NCBI RefSeq assembly: GCF_001194135.2
Contig: NC_069000.1
Span: 23,601,190-23,665,189, forward strand
DNA: 64,000 nt
Direction of reading: 5' to 3'
Source of the DNA: Octopus bimaculoides
Taxonomy: Eukaryota
The notes under the pieces are model-generated. The model worked only from the letters and a program-made list of their open reading frames with translations. It was not told the DNA's origin and ran no database searches. A program made the position numbers and the translations under genes. Position 1 is the stretch's first letter, and each line of letters begins with the position of its first letter. Below are positions 62,890 through 64,000 of this stretch, piece by piece.

Positions 62890-63490
62890 TATACACTATG
62901 GATGTGAAACATGGGCCCCATACCACTAACATATCAAACAGCTGGAACAGTTTCACACAAAGGCACTGTGCAGGACCATGAGCAGTTGCTGGCAGGACAG
63001 AGTGACAAACCAAGTGCTAGACAGAGTTGGTTCAACAAGCATTGAGTCAGTGCTGCTGAAAGTTCAGTTACACCGGGCTGACCACATCATCAGAATGACT
63101 GACTGTTGTATATGCAGGCAGCTCTTGTACAGTGAGCTCACACAGGGCTCATGCAAATGAGAAAGACCTGAAGTACAAGGACAGTCTGAAAAGTACTTCA
63201 AATGGAGTAGCATTAGTCCACTTGAACTTGAAGCCTTTGCTGCAGACAGTTAAGGATGGAGGTCTCTCATTTCACAAGCAGCAGCTGCCTTCAAAGAGGA
63301 CTGGTGACAGCATCTCGCTGCTGCAAGAGACAGATGACACAGGGCAGCATCTGCCTCAATCTAAACAACTGACTACTGTTATGACACTTGTGGACACCTG
63401 TGTGTTTCCAGTTTGGACTGTAGAGTCACATGTGCTCTCATTGCTAAGAACACAGATTTTGTCATCGTTGGACACTGATGGACTACCACC
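62890..63490 (+). mobile_element. Decayed RTE-BovB-like LINE 3' end (a different family from the GAT-tailed RTE)
   Basis: YGCETWAPYH*HIKQLEQFHTKAL...WQDRVTNQVLDRVGSTSIESVLLKVQLHRADHIIRM...QLLYSEL...YKDSLK; remnant C-terminal Cys/His motif. Confidence 0.78.
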
Positions 63491-63879
63491 TTACACTCTA
63501 CCTGAAGTTGTACACTTCCTGACCTCTGGGTGATATATCAACATAAGCTCCAACTGCTTATCTCACCTCTTTGAACAGTACATCAGCAAAGAAAGCCTTC
63601 TCTTTCACTGTTTGTTTTGCATGCAGTTTTAGTAGAAAGTGGGTTATACATCTTTAGATTGTATACCTGACTTTCTACTATATAATTAAAGAATATAACG
63701 GAACGCTGAACTCCAGACTAAACAACTTAAACAACACTTTATTTAGGTGGTAAATATATAAACATCTTTAGTTCTTGTTGTTACAGCTTCTGTGTGTATG
63801 AGCATAGTTGTTGGGACGTTGTTCTGTAGTTGTGAGCGAGCTGTCGAGTGTAAGTCCGAAAGATGTAGAGAGACAGCTT

Positions 63880-64000
63880 AAACACACGTCCATGCTCAAT
63901 CGCTGGCCAGCGAGAAAGAGAATGAATTGAGCGGGAAACGCTTGCTTGTTTAATTCTACGCATGCGTAAGACTACGCATGCGCAGGCGTTACTACACAGT
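63880..64000. promoter_or_regulatory. Promoter-like CpG-rich segment with tandem NRF1-like palindromes
   Basis: TACGCATGCGTA (63957-63968), TACGCATGCGCA (63973-63984) and the 14-bp palindrome TCGCTGGCCAGCGA (63900-63913). Confidence 0.45.

Overview
AT-rich, repeat-dense eukaryotic genomic DNA with seven N gaps. The repeat families and gene content point to an Octopus (coleoid cephalopod) scaffold; this is recognition from memory, not a database search. Two protein-coding genes are arranged divergently. (1) A minus-strand URB2 (nucleolar pre-ribosome factor) homologue: I reconstructed 20 phase-compatible GT-AG exons from ATG 42042 down to 3253 (2991 nt, about 997 codons), and the 3' part is missing from the window or hidden in gaps. 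(2) A plus-strand two-exon C2H2 zinc-finger gene (52086-55934; 330 aa, 12 fingers, no effector domain). The rest is mostly transposon-derived: RTE-clade LINEs with a tandem-hairpin 3' UTR and (GAT)n tail, tRNA-derived SINEs, mariner and Tc1 elements with TIRs, Gypsy pol, CR1-like and Penelope-like fragments, and several MITEs. The most notable structures are an RTE insertion with an L1-style twin-priming inversion signature and a 9-bp TSD, and a GG-ended, 8-bp-TSD (Merlin-like) MITE carrying TTAGGG repeats. Also notable are inverted young RTE tails bracketing two frame-symmetric URB2 exons, a duplicated tRNA-Trp primer-binding site next to palindromes, and three tandem uORFs ahead of the zinc-finger ORF. 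I found no clear novel protein system; the novelty is in retroelement mechanics and possible RNA-level regulation.
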